Positions 14,336-22,267 of a stretch of DNA of 24,164 nt are shown here, in pieces. Both the position numbers and the translations under genes were made by a program. The notes beneath the pieces were generated by a model. It made no database searches. It had not been told where the DNA came from and saw only the letters and a program-made list of their open reading frames with translations. The stretch spans positions 1 to 24,164 of the forward strand of contig JAQICO010000151.1 of NCBI GenBank assembly GCA_027858495.1, in the 5' to 3' direction. Each line of letters starts with the position of its first letter. Within the stretch, counting starts at the first letter, position 1. The DNA comes from Spirochaetaceae bacterium (lineage in GTDB: Bacteria; Spirochaetota; Spirochaetia; DSM-2461).

Positions 14336-15904
14336 ATGAGATACCAATGGCTTTGTCTATTATTTATATTCCTTTTGAGTTTTGGGCTCCATGCCCAAGA
14401 GGCCTATTATAGAGCTGTAGGCTACGATGCCTTCCATCGTATTGAGGGTCAATTTCCTCTGGATGCCACTGACAGTGAGGATCTAAACTGTTATCGTTTT
14501 ACCTATGACGAATTAGAAGAGCCTGTACGTATTGAGTACCTAAATCGCGGCAGAGCTCTGGCAGATCCTTTTTTTAAAGTTCCCGTTGTAGAAATTGAGT
14601 ATTCAGAAGGTTTTATCCACAGAATATATAAGGATTCTCAGGGCAAACCGGCTCCCGACGAACAAGGTGTATACTCACAACGGTTAAAATTAAACACACA
14701 GGGATTCGCTCAATCTCTCTTTAACTATGACCGCTTGGGTAATCTACGCAGTGACAATATGGGAGTAGCAGCCTATTACTGGAATCTTGATAAGAACGGT
14801 TTATCCGTTGAGGCGTTATTTCTTAACAGTTATGGAGAGCCCGTGCAAAATCGAGAAGGTATATCTTTAATAAGATATGACTATGATGAAGCTTTCAGAA
14901 TGAAGGAACTTCGCTATCTAAACCCTCAGGGAGAACCCATAACCAGTAATGAAACGGCCATCGCTGGAATGACTTTCAGTTATAATGATCAGGGATTGAA
15001 GGAAGAGCAAACTTTTTTGGATGAACAAGGAAACCTTGCCAGCAATATAGAAAATATATCAAAAATCCGCTGGGCCTACGACGAACAGGGCTCTATGCTT
15101 CTGCAGGAGCATTATGATGATCAGGATAATCTAACCACCGATGTGCACCATGTGGCAGTATACTTTTGGGGTTATGACTCAAGGGGTAATAGAATCCTTC
15201 AGGAGCATTACAATACCCTGGGAGAGCCCACTGAGGATGATGCCGGAGTTTTCCGTTATAGATGGATTTATTACGAACAGGGCAATGAACTTGAAAAAAT
15301 CAATGAAAATCTAGATGGTTCTCTTACCCTAGATGATTGGGGGCTTGCATCCTACCGATGGACCTTTGATGAACGTGGTCAAATCACCGAAGCCAAGTAT
15401 TACGGAATAGACGACAGCCTGAAAGAAGACAATTGGGGCGTTGCCATTTATCAATGGGATTATGACGATAGTGGAAATATGGTTGAATCCAGGTCTTTTT
15501 CTGATTGGGAAACCCTGCAGGATGATTCCAGAGGTGTTGCTGTTTACCGTTGGGCCTATGATGATCGGGGAAACCGTATAATGGAAAATCATTATGACAG
15601 CCGAGAGATTCAGGTAGAAGACAGCGATGGAATTGCTTCTATCGGCTGGAGTTACGATGATGAGAATAATATGAATAAGCAGGAACAGTTTGGACTATAC
15701 GGACAATATAGAGCCGATAATAAGGGTGTGGCCATATATCATTGGGATCATGACCGTTTTGGGAATATCATCGAAGAGACTTACCTCGGAATCGATGAAC
15801 AGAACGTAGAGAATGTTTCAGGTATTGCCTTGGCCAGATGGTCCTATGACAACCTTGGAAATAGATTAAGAGTTGCCAGATTTGATCGAAAAAGTATTCC
15901 CTGA
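14336..15904 (+). CDS. Secreted tandem-repeat protein with ~14 YD-like (Rhs/YD-repeat-related) 33-aa repeats (522 aa from the ATG at 14336).
   Basis: Signal peptide 'MRYQWLCLLFIFLLSFGLHAQ' (the track start at 14258 would add a second hydrophobic stretch). The repeated unit is 'G-[VI]-A-x-Y-x-W-x-YD-x-x-GN-x-[IL]-x-E-x-[YH]-(x8-10)-D-x-x-G'. Examples: 'VAVYFWGYDSRGNRILQEHY', 'VAIYQWDYDDSGNMVESRSF', 'VAVYRWAYDDRGNRIMENHY', 'VAIYHWDHDRFGNIIEETYL', 'IALARWSYDNLGNRLRVARF'. There is no C-terminal toxin or other domain. Confidence 0.55.
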   Translation: MRYQWLCLLFIFLLSFGLHAQEAYYRAVGYDAFHRIEGQFPLDATDSEDLNCYRFTYDELEEPVRIEYLNRGRALADPFFKVPVVEIEYSEGFIHRIYKDSQGKPAPDEQGVYSQRLKLNTQGFAQSLFNYDRLGNLRSDNMGVAAYYWNLDKNGLSVEALFLNSYGEPVQNREGISLIRYDYDEAFRMKELRYLNPQGEPITSNETAIAGMTFSYNDQGLKEEQTFLDEQGNLASNIENISKIRWAYDEQGSMLLQEHYDDQDNLTTDVHHVAVYFWGYDSRGNRILQEHYNTLGEPTEDDAGVFRYRWIYYEQGNELEKINENLDGSLTLDDWGLASYRWTFDERGQITEAKYYGIDDSLKEDNWGVAIYQWDYDDSGNMVESRSFSDWETLQDDSRGVAVYRWAYDDRGNRIMENHYDSREIQVEDSDGIASIGWSYDDENNMNKQEQFGLYGQYRADNKGVAIYHWDHDRFGNIIEETYLGIDEQNVENVSGIALARWSYDNLGNRLRVARFDRKSIP

Positions 15905-16123
15905 TTAACCAAGCTCAGCTATGGCTAAATAGGCTTTATCCTTTTCATCGGGATATAGGTCCCCTGGGACTTTATCCTCTCCTACTGAAGTGGCCACCAT
16001 ATAGCGGGCACAATGTAGACTGTTACTCTCACAGTATTCCTGTTTGAGTTTATCTATATCTGGTGTGTCGGTCATTTTTCCCTGACCGAAGGGGCATTTG
16101 TCGTAAATCTCACAATTTGCCAA
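15905..16123 (-). CDS. Hypothetical small Cys-containing protein (72 aa), possible metal-binding.
   Basis: 'MANCEIYDKCPFGQGKMTDTPDIDKLKQEYCESNSLHCARYMV...' has Cys pairs C4-x5-C10 and C31-x6-C38. RBS is 'aggaaagaaaATG' and a near-consensus promoter lies upstream. The composition is protein-like. Its stop abuts the YD-repeat gene stop (tgaTTA). Confidence 0.4.
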   Translation of the reverse strand: MANCEIYDKCPFGQGKMTDTPDIDKLKQEYCESNSLHCARYMVATSVGEDKVPGDLYPDEKDKAYLAIAELG

Positions 16124-16154
16124 TTTTCTTTCCTAGTTGTTTTGATATAGTAAT

Positions 16155-16183
16155 ATTGTAAGGCCAAATTGTCCTGCGGTCAA
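16155..16183 (-). promoter_or_regulatory. Near-consensus sigma70 promoter TTGACC - 17 nt - TACAAT on the minus strand, upstream of the 72-aa ORF.
   Basis: Minus-strand sequence reads 'gagTTGACCgcaggacaatttggcctTACAATattactatatcaaaacaactaggaaagaaaATG'. It lies in the 124-bp gap after ispF. Confidence 0.35.
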
Positions 16184-16247
16184 CTCAGAAGAATTTGAAA
16201 AGCTGTGGGTTCAGAGTGAAGATTTTCGTTCTCTTCTTCACAATAGC

Positions 16248-16736
16248 TTAACCTATATTCTCTGTTGCTAATAATACAACCACAGAGGCTTCAATGGATA
16301 ATCCTTCACCAACAGGACCAAGTTTCTCCGCCGTTTTTGCTTTTACGGATATTTGTTCTTCCTGGATTTTTAACAGATTTGCCAGACTTTTTTTTATGGG
16401 TTCTATCCATTGAGATAATTTGGGGCTTTGAAGGACCACGGTACTATCTAGGTTTATTATCCTATATCCCCGTTTTTCAATTTTACTCATTGTATCTTTT
16501 AACAAAAAGGCGCTATCAACATCCTTCCATTTTTCCTGACTTGGGGGATAATATTTGCCAATATCGCCCAAGGCTAGTGCTCCCAGTAATGCATCTATGA
16601 TTCCATGGATCAACACATCTCCATCGGAATGAGCCTCTTCTCCAAATCCACAGGGAATATGAACTCCTCCCAATATTAATGGACGTCCCAATACCAAGGC
16701 ATGGCAATCCCAACCCTGGCCTATTCTTAGACTCAT
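16248..16736 (-). CDS. ispF: 2-C-methyl-D-erythritol 2,4-cyclodiphosphate synthase (MEP pathway).
   Basis: 'MSLRIGQGWDCHALVLGRPLILGGVHIPCGFGEEAHSDGDVLIHGIIDALLGALALGDIGKYYP' matches the IspF consensus (RIGxGxDxH...SDGDV..H...DALLGA.ALGDIG). It has a 4-bp ATGA overlap with ispD. Confidence 0.9.
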   Translation of the reverse strand: MSLRIGQGWDCHALVLGRPLILGGVHIPCGFGEEAHSDGDVLIHGIIDALLGALALGDIGKYYPPSQEKWKDVDSAFLLKDTMSKIEKRGYRIINLDSTVVLQSPKLSQWIEPIKKSLANLLKIQEEQISVKAKTAEKLGPVGEGLSIEASVVVLLATENIG

Positions 16737-17383
16737 AGATCCCCCTGGTAGGTGATTTTTTTATTTTCTGGATTGCCTTCCACAGTCCAGACATCTCCAA
16801 TGAAGGTCGACCAAACCTCACTATCATCTATAAAATCAATATCAGAATGAATTGCCAAATCATGAGCCCAAAGAATTTTGTCAAATCTGAAGGCCTGAGG
16901 TGTCTGCGCCGCCCAGGTTTCCTGTCGCTTGAGGTGTGTAATTATTTTTCCTTGAGCATCTATGATTTTCATAGCTTGGGTGGATGGTTCTACAGGGATA
17001 ACTGCTTCATTTTTTTGCTGCGTTTGATAGATCTTTTTGATCAGTTTTTTATTTATCCAAGGACGGGCTCCATCATGGATAAATATGACGTCCTGAGGAT
17101 TGAGGTATTCCTTCAGAAACTGCAGACTTTGGTAGACCGATTGCTGTCTTGTTTTACCGCCCTGGGTATAATAGAGGCCGGAAAAATCTGACAGCGCCTG
17201 CCGAATCTGCTCTATTCCACCTTCTGGACAGGTTATTAATAGAGTATCAAAGAGTTCAGAATCTATAAATGCTTTAACTGAATGGTAAATTACCGGACGG
17301 CCTTGCAACTGCAGCAGCTCTTTTTTTCCCTGGCTGCCCATGCGTTGACTTGAGCCGGCGGCCAGGATAACCGCCCCGGTCAT
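16733..17383 (-). CDS. ispD: 2-C-methyl-D-erythritol 4-phosphate cytidylyltransferase (MEP pathway).
   Basis: N-terminal 'AVILAAGSSQRMGSQGKKELLQLQGRPVIYHSVKAF' matches the IspD nucleotide-binding motif (AAGxGxRMG...K.y). About 216 aa, immediately upstream of ispF. Confidence 0.9.
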   Translation of the reverse strand: MTGAVILAAGSSQRMGSQGKKELLQLQGRPVIYHSVKAFIDSELFDTLLITCPEGGIEQIRQALSDFSGLYYTQGGKTRQQSVYQSLQFLKEYLNPQDVIFIHDGARPWINKKLIKKIYQTQQKNEAVIPVEPSTQAMKIIDAQGKIITHLKRQETWAAQTPQAFRFDKILWAHDLAIHSDIDFIDDSEVWSTFIGDVWTVEGNPENKKITYQGDL

Positions 17384-17890
17384 CTATTCCTTTTCTAACT
17401 GGCAGAAGACCAGCTGTTCCACTTCATCTTTGCTTTTAACCATGGAGAAGGAAACCTCATCCACCATTAGTTTTAAGGCATCATCGTAGAGTTTTCTTTC
17501 TTGCACGGGCAATTCTTTCACCTTACTTCGGTGATAGAGTTTTGCAACTACTTCAGCGATATCGTTAATACCGCCTTTCTTAAGCAAATCCAAATTCATG
17601 GTATATCTTTGTTTCCAGTCTGAAGGACCGGGCTCATGTTCTTTGCTTATATGTTTTAATGCCTTTTCCGCAAGAGCCTTGCTAACGATTGGACGAATAC
17701 CAAGTTCTAAACTTTTATTCACTGGAACTCGAAGAATCATTTCAGCAGCTTCCAAACAAATAACATAATAAGGAATATCCTTACCTTTGAAGGTTCTGGT
17801 TTCTAAGTGATCGATTCTGCCAACACCTTGAATAGGGTAAACAACCATGTCACCTTGTTGGAATTGTTGAAGGGTTTCTGTTTTAGCCAT
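17384..17890 (-). CDS. carD: CarD/CdnL-family RNA-polymerase-binding transcription regulator (168 aa).
   Basis: The N-terminal RNAP-interaction (Tudor-like) domain is 'FQQGDMVVYPIQGVGRIDHLETRTFKGKDIPYYVICLEAAEMILRVPVNKSLELGIRPIVSKALAEKAL', followed by a helical C-domain. Its size matches CdnL. It directly abuts ispD with no gap. No obvious SD precedes the ATG. Confidence 0.8.
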   Translation of the reverse strand: MAKTETLQQFQQGDMVVYPIQGVGRIDHLETRTFKGKDIPYYVICLEAAEMILRVPVNKSLELGIRPIVSKALAEKALKHISKEHEPGPSDWKQRYTMNLDLLKKGGINDIAEVVAKLYHRSKVKELPVQERKLYDDALKLMVDEVSFSMVKSKDEVEQLVFCQLEKE

Positions 17891-18117
17891 AATGAGCGAA
17901 TAATATCAATAATTAACCAAAAAGTCAATCTATGGCTCCTGGAATACCTTTGATTCAACGGCAGTAGTGAATAAGCAATGTTAAAATAATCGTCCTATCC
18001 CAAAATAACTGTTATTATTGATCTATGTTTCTACAGTGATTAACAAATTATGCCGATTATCCAAAGGAAGATTCTATCTAAAATAAAATCTTTGGCGGCC
18101 CCATTGGAGTTATGGTA

Positions 18118-18909
18118 ATGAAAAAAATAAAGTATATCATTTTGTTATGTCTATTAACTCTTCCTTTTTCTTGCAAGGATGAAGAGGTGGCGTTTCCTTC
18201 CATGACCATGATGCACGATAGAGTGGAAGCTCAATTTAAACAATTAGTCAGAATAGATGAACCGGAACAATTCCACGAAATTACCCTAGAATTAATCGGT
18301 GACCTGCGGCAGTGGGAATCGGTGTTTATCCGTTTAAAAGGAGATAATGAATCCTATGAAGATGAAAACTTAATCCGTTCCTGGCATAGACACCAAAGGC
18401 ATTCTTATAACATGGTGGTGGACTACTTTGTTGAATGTTACAAATTGAAAGTGGAATATTCAAAGCCCGCATATTACACTTTTCAAGATTCTATACTTGA
18501 AGATTTGGATAATCTGATATTTGAAATCAATCGATTTATGATTCTTTCCTATCCAATGATGGATAACGATATGGCCTTTTATAAAAACATACCGGAAATA
18601 ACCAGCAGGACTTCAGATTCCCAGGGGAATTTGTATTACATTATCAATGTAATTGTTGGTTATCTCAGAGAAGAGCGGCAGACACAGACTGCATTAAACA
18701 GCAGTAAAATAGCCATGCAGGATCTTATCCGCAGTTATTGCAGTCTTCAAACGGTGGATGAGTTGCAAAACTGGAATGAATTGAATCTCAAGGCTGGATT
18801 GATGAAGGAACTTAATGATTATATCGGACAATTCTATGATTTTAATTCTGGTAAGATGGAAGGGATTAAATTGGTAACAATAAGTAAATTGCAGACCTTT
18901 GCTTTTTGA
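18118..18909 (+). CDS. Hypothetical lipoprotein (263 aa from the ATG at 18118).
   Basis: Signal peptide and lipobox 'MKKIKYIILLCLLTLPFSC|KDEE'. The GGAG RBS is better spaced for 18118 than for the track start at 18112. No recognisable domain. It is followed by a hairpin terminator. Confidence 0.55.
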   Translation: MKKIKYIILLCLLTLPFSCKDEEVAFPSMTMMHDRVEAQFKQLVRIDEPEQFHEITLELIGDLRQWESVFIRLKGDNESYEDENLIRSWHRHQRHSYNMVVDYFVECYKLKVEYSKPAYYTFQDSILEDLDNLIFEINRFMILSYPMMDNDMAFYKNIPEITSRTSDSQGNLYYIINVIVGYLREERQTQTALNSSKIAMQDLIRSYCSLQTVDELQNWNELNLKAGLMKELNDYIGQFYDFNSGKMEGIKLVTISKLQTFAF

Positions 18910-18918
18910 TTTGAGAAT

Positions 18919-18990
18919 ATGATGAGGGAGAGGGTTTAACGTAAAAGAAAAAACATCTCCCTCATCATTGATTTATTTCTCTTTTTTTTG
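18919..18990. terminator. Hairpin terminator between convergent genes: a 13-bp perfect stem (ATGATGAGGGAGA / TCTCCCTCATCAT) with a 24-nt loop, followed by a T-rich tract on the + strand.
   Basis: Stem arms are 18919-18931 and 18956-18968. Downstream is 'tgatttatttctcttttttttg', which overlaps the last codons of proW on the opposite strand. It is a good intrinsic terminator for the + strand lipoprotein gene and weaker for the minus-strand operon. Confidence 0.5.
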
Positions 18991-19821
18991 CGAAAAAGAA
19001 TAGGTTATTCGGTCAACTATAATTGCTAAGAATACAATGGAAAGACCTGCTTCGAAACCTCTGCCGACTTCAATCCGATTAATGGCCAGCAGTACTTCCA
19101 TTCCTAAACCCTTGGCCCCAATCATTGAGCCGATTACCACCATGGCCAGGGCCATCATGGTTGTTTGGTTTATTCCCACCATAATGGAGGGTTTCGCCAG
19201 GGGTAGTTGTACATCAAAAAGTACCTGCTTCGGGGTTGCGCCAAATGCCATGGAGGCCTCCACGGCTTCGGGGTCAACCGTTCGGATACCCACGTTGGTC
19301 AATCGGATTACTGGAGGAACAGCATAGATGATCGTTGCAATCATTGCTGGGACTTTCCCCATACCGAAGAGCATCAATGCAGGAATAAGATAAACAAAAC
19401 TTGGCATGGTCTGCATGGCATCTAGAATGGGTTTTAAAATGTTTTCCACACGGTCATTCCTTGCCATGGCAATACCAAGAGGGATTCCCATAAGCAGAGA
19501 GAAGAATACCGAGGCGATGACCAGGCTAATGGTGATCATGGCCAACTCCCAATAACCGAAAGTACCGACTAAAAGGAGCATCACCATAAAACTAATGGCG
19601 GTCTTCCATTTTCCTACTAATTTCCAACCGGCTAAGCCGGCCAGAGGAATCATGATGAACCAGGGGATAAAAAGGAATATTTTTTCAAAGGCCATTACCA
19701 CTAGCAAAATAACAAAGCCAATAGCATCAAAAACGCCAGACATATTTCTCAGCATCCAACTCATGGCGGCATCCACCCCTTCCGCTACGGGAAGGTTAAA
19801 AAAGTTTGGGAAATCAATCAT
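18973..19821 (-). CDS. proW: Glycine betaine/proline ABC transporter permease (ProW/OpuAB type).
   Basis: BPD_transp_1 signature region 'ARNDRVENILKPILDAMQTMPSFVYLIPALMLFGMGKVPAMIATIIYAVPPVIRLTNVGIRTVDPEAVEASMAFGATPKQVLFDVQLPLAKPSIMVGINQ'. It overlaps proV by 8 bp. Confidence 0.9.
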   Translation of the reverse strand: MIDFPNFFNLPVAEGVDAAMSWMLRNMSGVFDAIGFVILLVVMAFEKIFLFIPWFIMIPLAGLAGWKLVGKWKTAISFMVMLLLVGTFGYWELAMITISLVIASVFFSLLMGIPLGIAMARNDRVENILKPILDAMQTMPSFVYLIPALMLFGMGKVPAMIATIIYAVPPVIRLTNVGIRTVDPEAVEASMAFGATPKQVLFDVQLPLAKPSIMVGINQTTMMALAMVVIGSMIGAKGLGMEVLLAINRIEVGRGFEAGLSIVFLAIIVDRITYSFSQKKEK

Positions 19822-21049
19822 GGTTTACTCCTTCCAATGGGCTAATAGATTCAAAGATTTGGTCCGTTGTAACAACACCCATGAGTTTTCCCTTTTCGTC
19901 GACCACGGGGAGAGGATAAGGAGCTGCTTTTATTATGGGAAATAAATCTTCCAGAATAGTATCTTCAGTGGTTGTTGTGATTTTTTTTAGAATCGCCTGT
20001 GGAATCTTATCGGGTTTTTTTTGTTCTTCAAGTAGTTTTTCCAGGGCTTTATCATAGGCTACTCCAAGGAGTATATGATTTTTGTCCACTACAAATGCAG
20101 CATTTCTTTTGTTTGATCTAAGCAGGGTTAATGCTGTTTTTGGCCCTTCCCATGCATATAGTAAAACCTTAGGGGGTTCCATAATACTGCCCGCCGTGAG
20201 CACCTTGGCAGGAGAGGCATCTCGAACAAATTCTTCAACGTATGCGTCTGCCGGTTTGGTTACTATTTCTTCTGGGGTACCTTCTTGCACCAGTTCTCCG
20301 TTACGCATTATGGCAATACGGTCTCCCAGTTTCAGGGCTTCGTGTAAATCGTGGGTTACAAAGACAATGGTCTTTTGCAATTTATCCTGCAATTCCACCA
20401 ACTCATCCTGCATCTGACGGCGGATTAGTGGGTCAAGCCCGCTGAAGGGTTCGTCCATCAGTAATATTTCCGGTTCATTGGTCAGGGCTCTTGCCAGTCC
20501 TACTCGTTGCTGCATCCCTCCGCTTAGGGAGACGGGATAATAATCTTCCCAACCCTTTAGTCCTACCGTTTCCAGAGTTTCCATGGCCTTTGCGTAGCGT
20601 TCTCCCTTGGGAAGACCGCGAACCTTTAATCCATAGGCCGCATTATCCAAAACAGTTAAATGTGGAAGAAGTCCGTAATGTTGAAAAACCATTCCAAAGG
20701 TTTTTCTTCGAAACTGCAACAGTTGGTCGTGGTTCATTTTGGTGATGTTTTCACCGTTGATTGTAATATTCCCTGAGGTTGGATTCACCAGGCGGATAAG
20801 ATTTCGAATAAGTGTGCTTTTGCCGCTGCCGGAAAGGCCCATTAAAATATAAAATTGGCCCTTCTGAATTTCAAGATTGATGTTGCGCATCGCTAGAATA
20901 CAGCCGGTCTTTTTTTGTATTTCGTCCTTGGACTTTTCCCTCAGTTCCTTCCTTAAAACCCTTTTGGGATCTCTTCCAAAAACCTTCCAGAGGTCCTTGA
21001 TTATTATCTGGGCCCCGGAGGGCCCATTATTATTAGATATGTCGGACAT
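19814..21049 (-). CDS. proV: Glycine betaine/proline ABC transporter ATP-binding protein with C-terminal tandem CBS domains (ProV/OpuAA type, 411 aa).
   Basis: Walker A 'GLSGSGKSTLIRNL', signature 'LSGGMQQRVGLARAL' and Walker B 'ILLMDEPFSGLD' are present. The C-terminal ~120 aa are CBS-like ('AGSIMEPPKVLLYAWEG...FVVDKNHILLGVA...PVVDEKGKLMGVVTTDQIFESI'). Confidence 0.9.
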   Translation of the reverse strand: MSDISNNNGPSGAQIIIKDLWKVFGRDPKRVLRKELREKSKDEIQKKTGCILAMRNINLEIQKGQFYILMGLSGSGKSTLIRNLIRLVNPTSGNITINGENITKMNHDQLLQFRRKTFGMVFQHYGLLPHLTVLDNAAYGLKVRGLPKGERYAKAMETLETVGLKGWEDYYPVSLSGGMQQRVGLARALTNEPEILLMDEPFSGLDPLIRRQMQDELVELQDKLQKTIVFVTHDLHEALKLGDRIAIMRNGELVQEGTPEEIVTKPADAYVEEFVRDASPAKVLTAGSIMEPPKVLLYAWEGPKTALTLLRSNKRNAAFVVDKNHILLGVAYDKALEKLLEEQKKPDKIPQAILKKITTTTEDTILEDLFPIIKAAPYPLPVVDEKGKLMGVVTTDQIFESISPLEGVNHD

Positions 21050-21058
21050 CGGTTTACC

Positions 21059-22000
21059 CTAGAGGGCGGCCTTTACCTTTTCTGCCACTTCAGGAGACAC
21101 CCACTGTGTCCAGACGTCTTCTTTGTTCTTTAAGAACCATTGGGCTGCCTGTTGAGAATCCCAGCCTTCTGAATCCATCATTGCAAGGAATTCGTTGTTG
21201 TCTGCAACGGTGGTGGTATAATTTTTCAAAAATGCAACCACTTCAGGAGCCATTTCAAGCATATCATTACTTACCAGTATGTTTACCTTGGCCGCTTCGT
21301 ATTCTGTTCCTGCTAGACGGATCATGTCAAGCTTGCCCAATACTGCGGTTGGTTCCCAATAATATCCAATCCAGGGTTCCTTTTTTTCATAGGCCCCTAC
21401 CATGGTTCCAGCCAGTGCTGCTCCAGAACCGGCTATTGCCAGGTTAAAGCTGTCTTCTAAACCATTGGTGTTAAACAGTTCTTCTGAATAGATCATCTGA
21501 GACCAGCCTGCCACACCACCATAGATTATACCCTTATTACGATCTTCGGGGTCTGGAAAAAGATTGGCATATTGGGCCAGATCTGCAATGCTTTTTAAGC
21601 CAGGAGCCTGTGCATCGTCTCCTTCAACCAGATATCGAGGTATATACCAGCCCTGGGGTGCATCGGGGAGGTTTTTTCCTAGATCAACTATGGTTCCGTC
21701 AGCAATTCCTTTTGCGTAAACCTCTGGCCAATTTGAATGCCAGGATTCCATAAAAACATTGATGTCACCCTGGGTTAATCCATTGGCGATAGGTAGAGTA
21801 TCTCCTGGAGTATAATCCACTTTATAACCACCAATCCCGTTTTCAATAATAAAGCCTGTGATTCTATTATGTACTTGCACACTGTCCCATGAAGCATCTC
21901 CAAACATTATGGTTTGTACTTCTTCGGTTTGATCACAAGATACAAAAAATCCCATGGAAAGCACAACAACACATAATAGAATGAGTTTCGTTAATTTCAT
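21059..22000 (-). CDS. proX: Glycine betaine/choline-type ABC substrate-binding lipoprotein (ProX/OpuAC family).
   Basis: Signal peptide and lipobox 'MKLTKLILLCVVVLSMGFFVSC'. About 290-aa mature periplasmic-binding-protein fold with an aromatic-rich ligand region ('WYIPRY', 'GGVAGWSQ', 'GYYWEPT'). It is the first gene of the proX-V-W operon. RBS is 'aaggaagaaaattATG'. Confidence 0.75.
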   Translation of the reverse strand: MKLTKLILLCVVVLSMGFFVSCDQTEEVQTIMFGDASWDSVQVHNRITGFIIENGIGGYKVDYTPGDTLPIANGLTQGDINVFMESWHSNWPEVYAKGIADGTIVDLGKNLPDAPQGWYIPRYLVEGDDAQAPGLKSIADLAQYANLFPDPEDRNKGIIYGGVAGWSQMIYSEELFNTNGLEDSFNLAIAGSGAALAGTMVGAYEKKEPWIGYYWEPTAVLGKLDMIRLAGTEYEAAKVNILVSNDMLEMAPEVVAFLKNYTTTVADNNEFLAMMDSEGWDSQQAAQWFLKNKEDVWTQWVSPEVAEKVKAAL

Positions 22001-22177
22001 AATTTTCTTCCTTTTTTAAGTTAGTTACTTAGAATACTAATTAAATTATTGAATAAAGTCAAAGGAAAGAGTCTCTAATAATACCTGTTCGATGTAAGTG
22101 AATGGAGTTTAACCTGATTTAGCCCAAGTAATTTGATCATAAAGCAATATATACGTTATGGTGCAAATGATTAGCGT

Positions 22178-22195
22178 TGTAAATAATCCTTTACA
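22178..22195 (+). promoter_or_regulatory. Small inverted repeat TGTAAA-N6-TTTACA in the divergent marR / proX intergenic region; candidate MarR operator.
   Basis: A further 'TTTACA...TGTATAAA' pair lies at ~22235-22258 just upstream of the MarR RBS. This rests on pattern only. Confidence 0.2.
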
Positions 22196-22267
22196 TGATC
22201 TTGTTGAAATGATACCTTAGGTTACTATTTTGTTTACATATCTTTTGTATAAATCTATTGAGGAACC

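Noticed and set aside
16160-16245. Hairpin 'tgaaga…tcttca' downstream of ispF as a terminator
   Set aside because: Only a 6-bp stem with a 12-nt loop and no following U-tract on the minus strand. Not convincing.
19037-21447. Short + strand ORFs antisense to proW/proV/proX (19037.., 19207.., 19595.., 20082.., 20242.., 20491.., 20877.., 21106..)
   Set aside because: Antisense to well-supported ABC transporter genes. Spurious.
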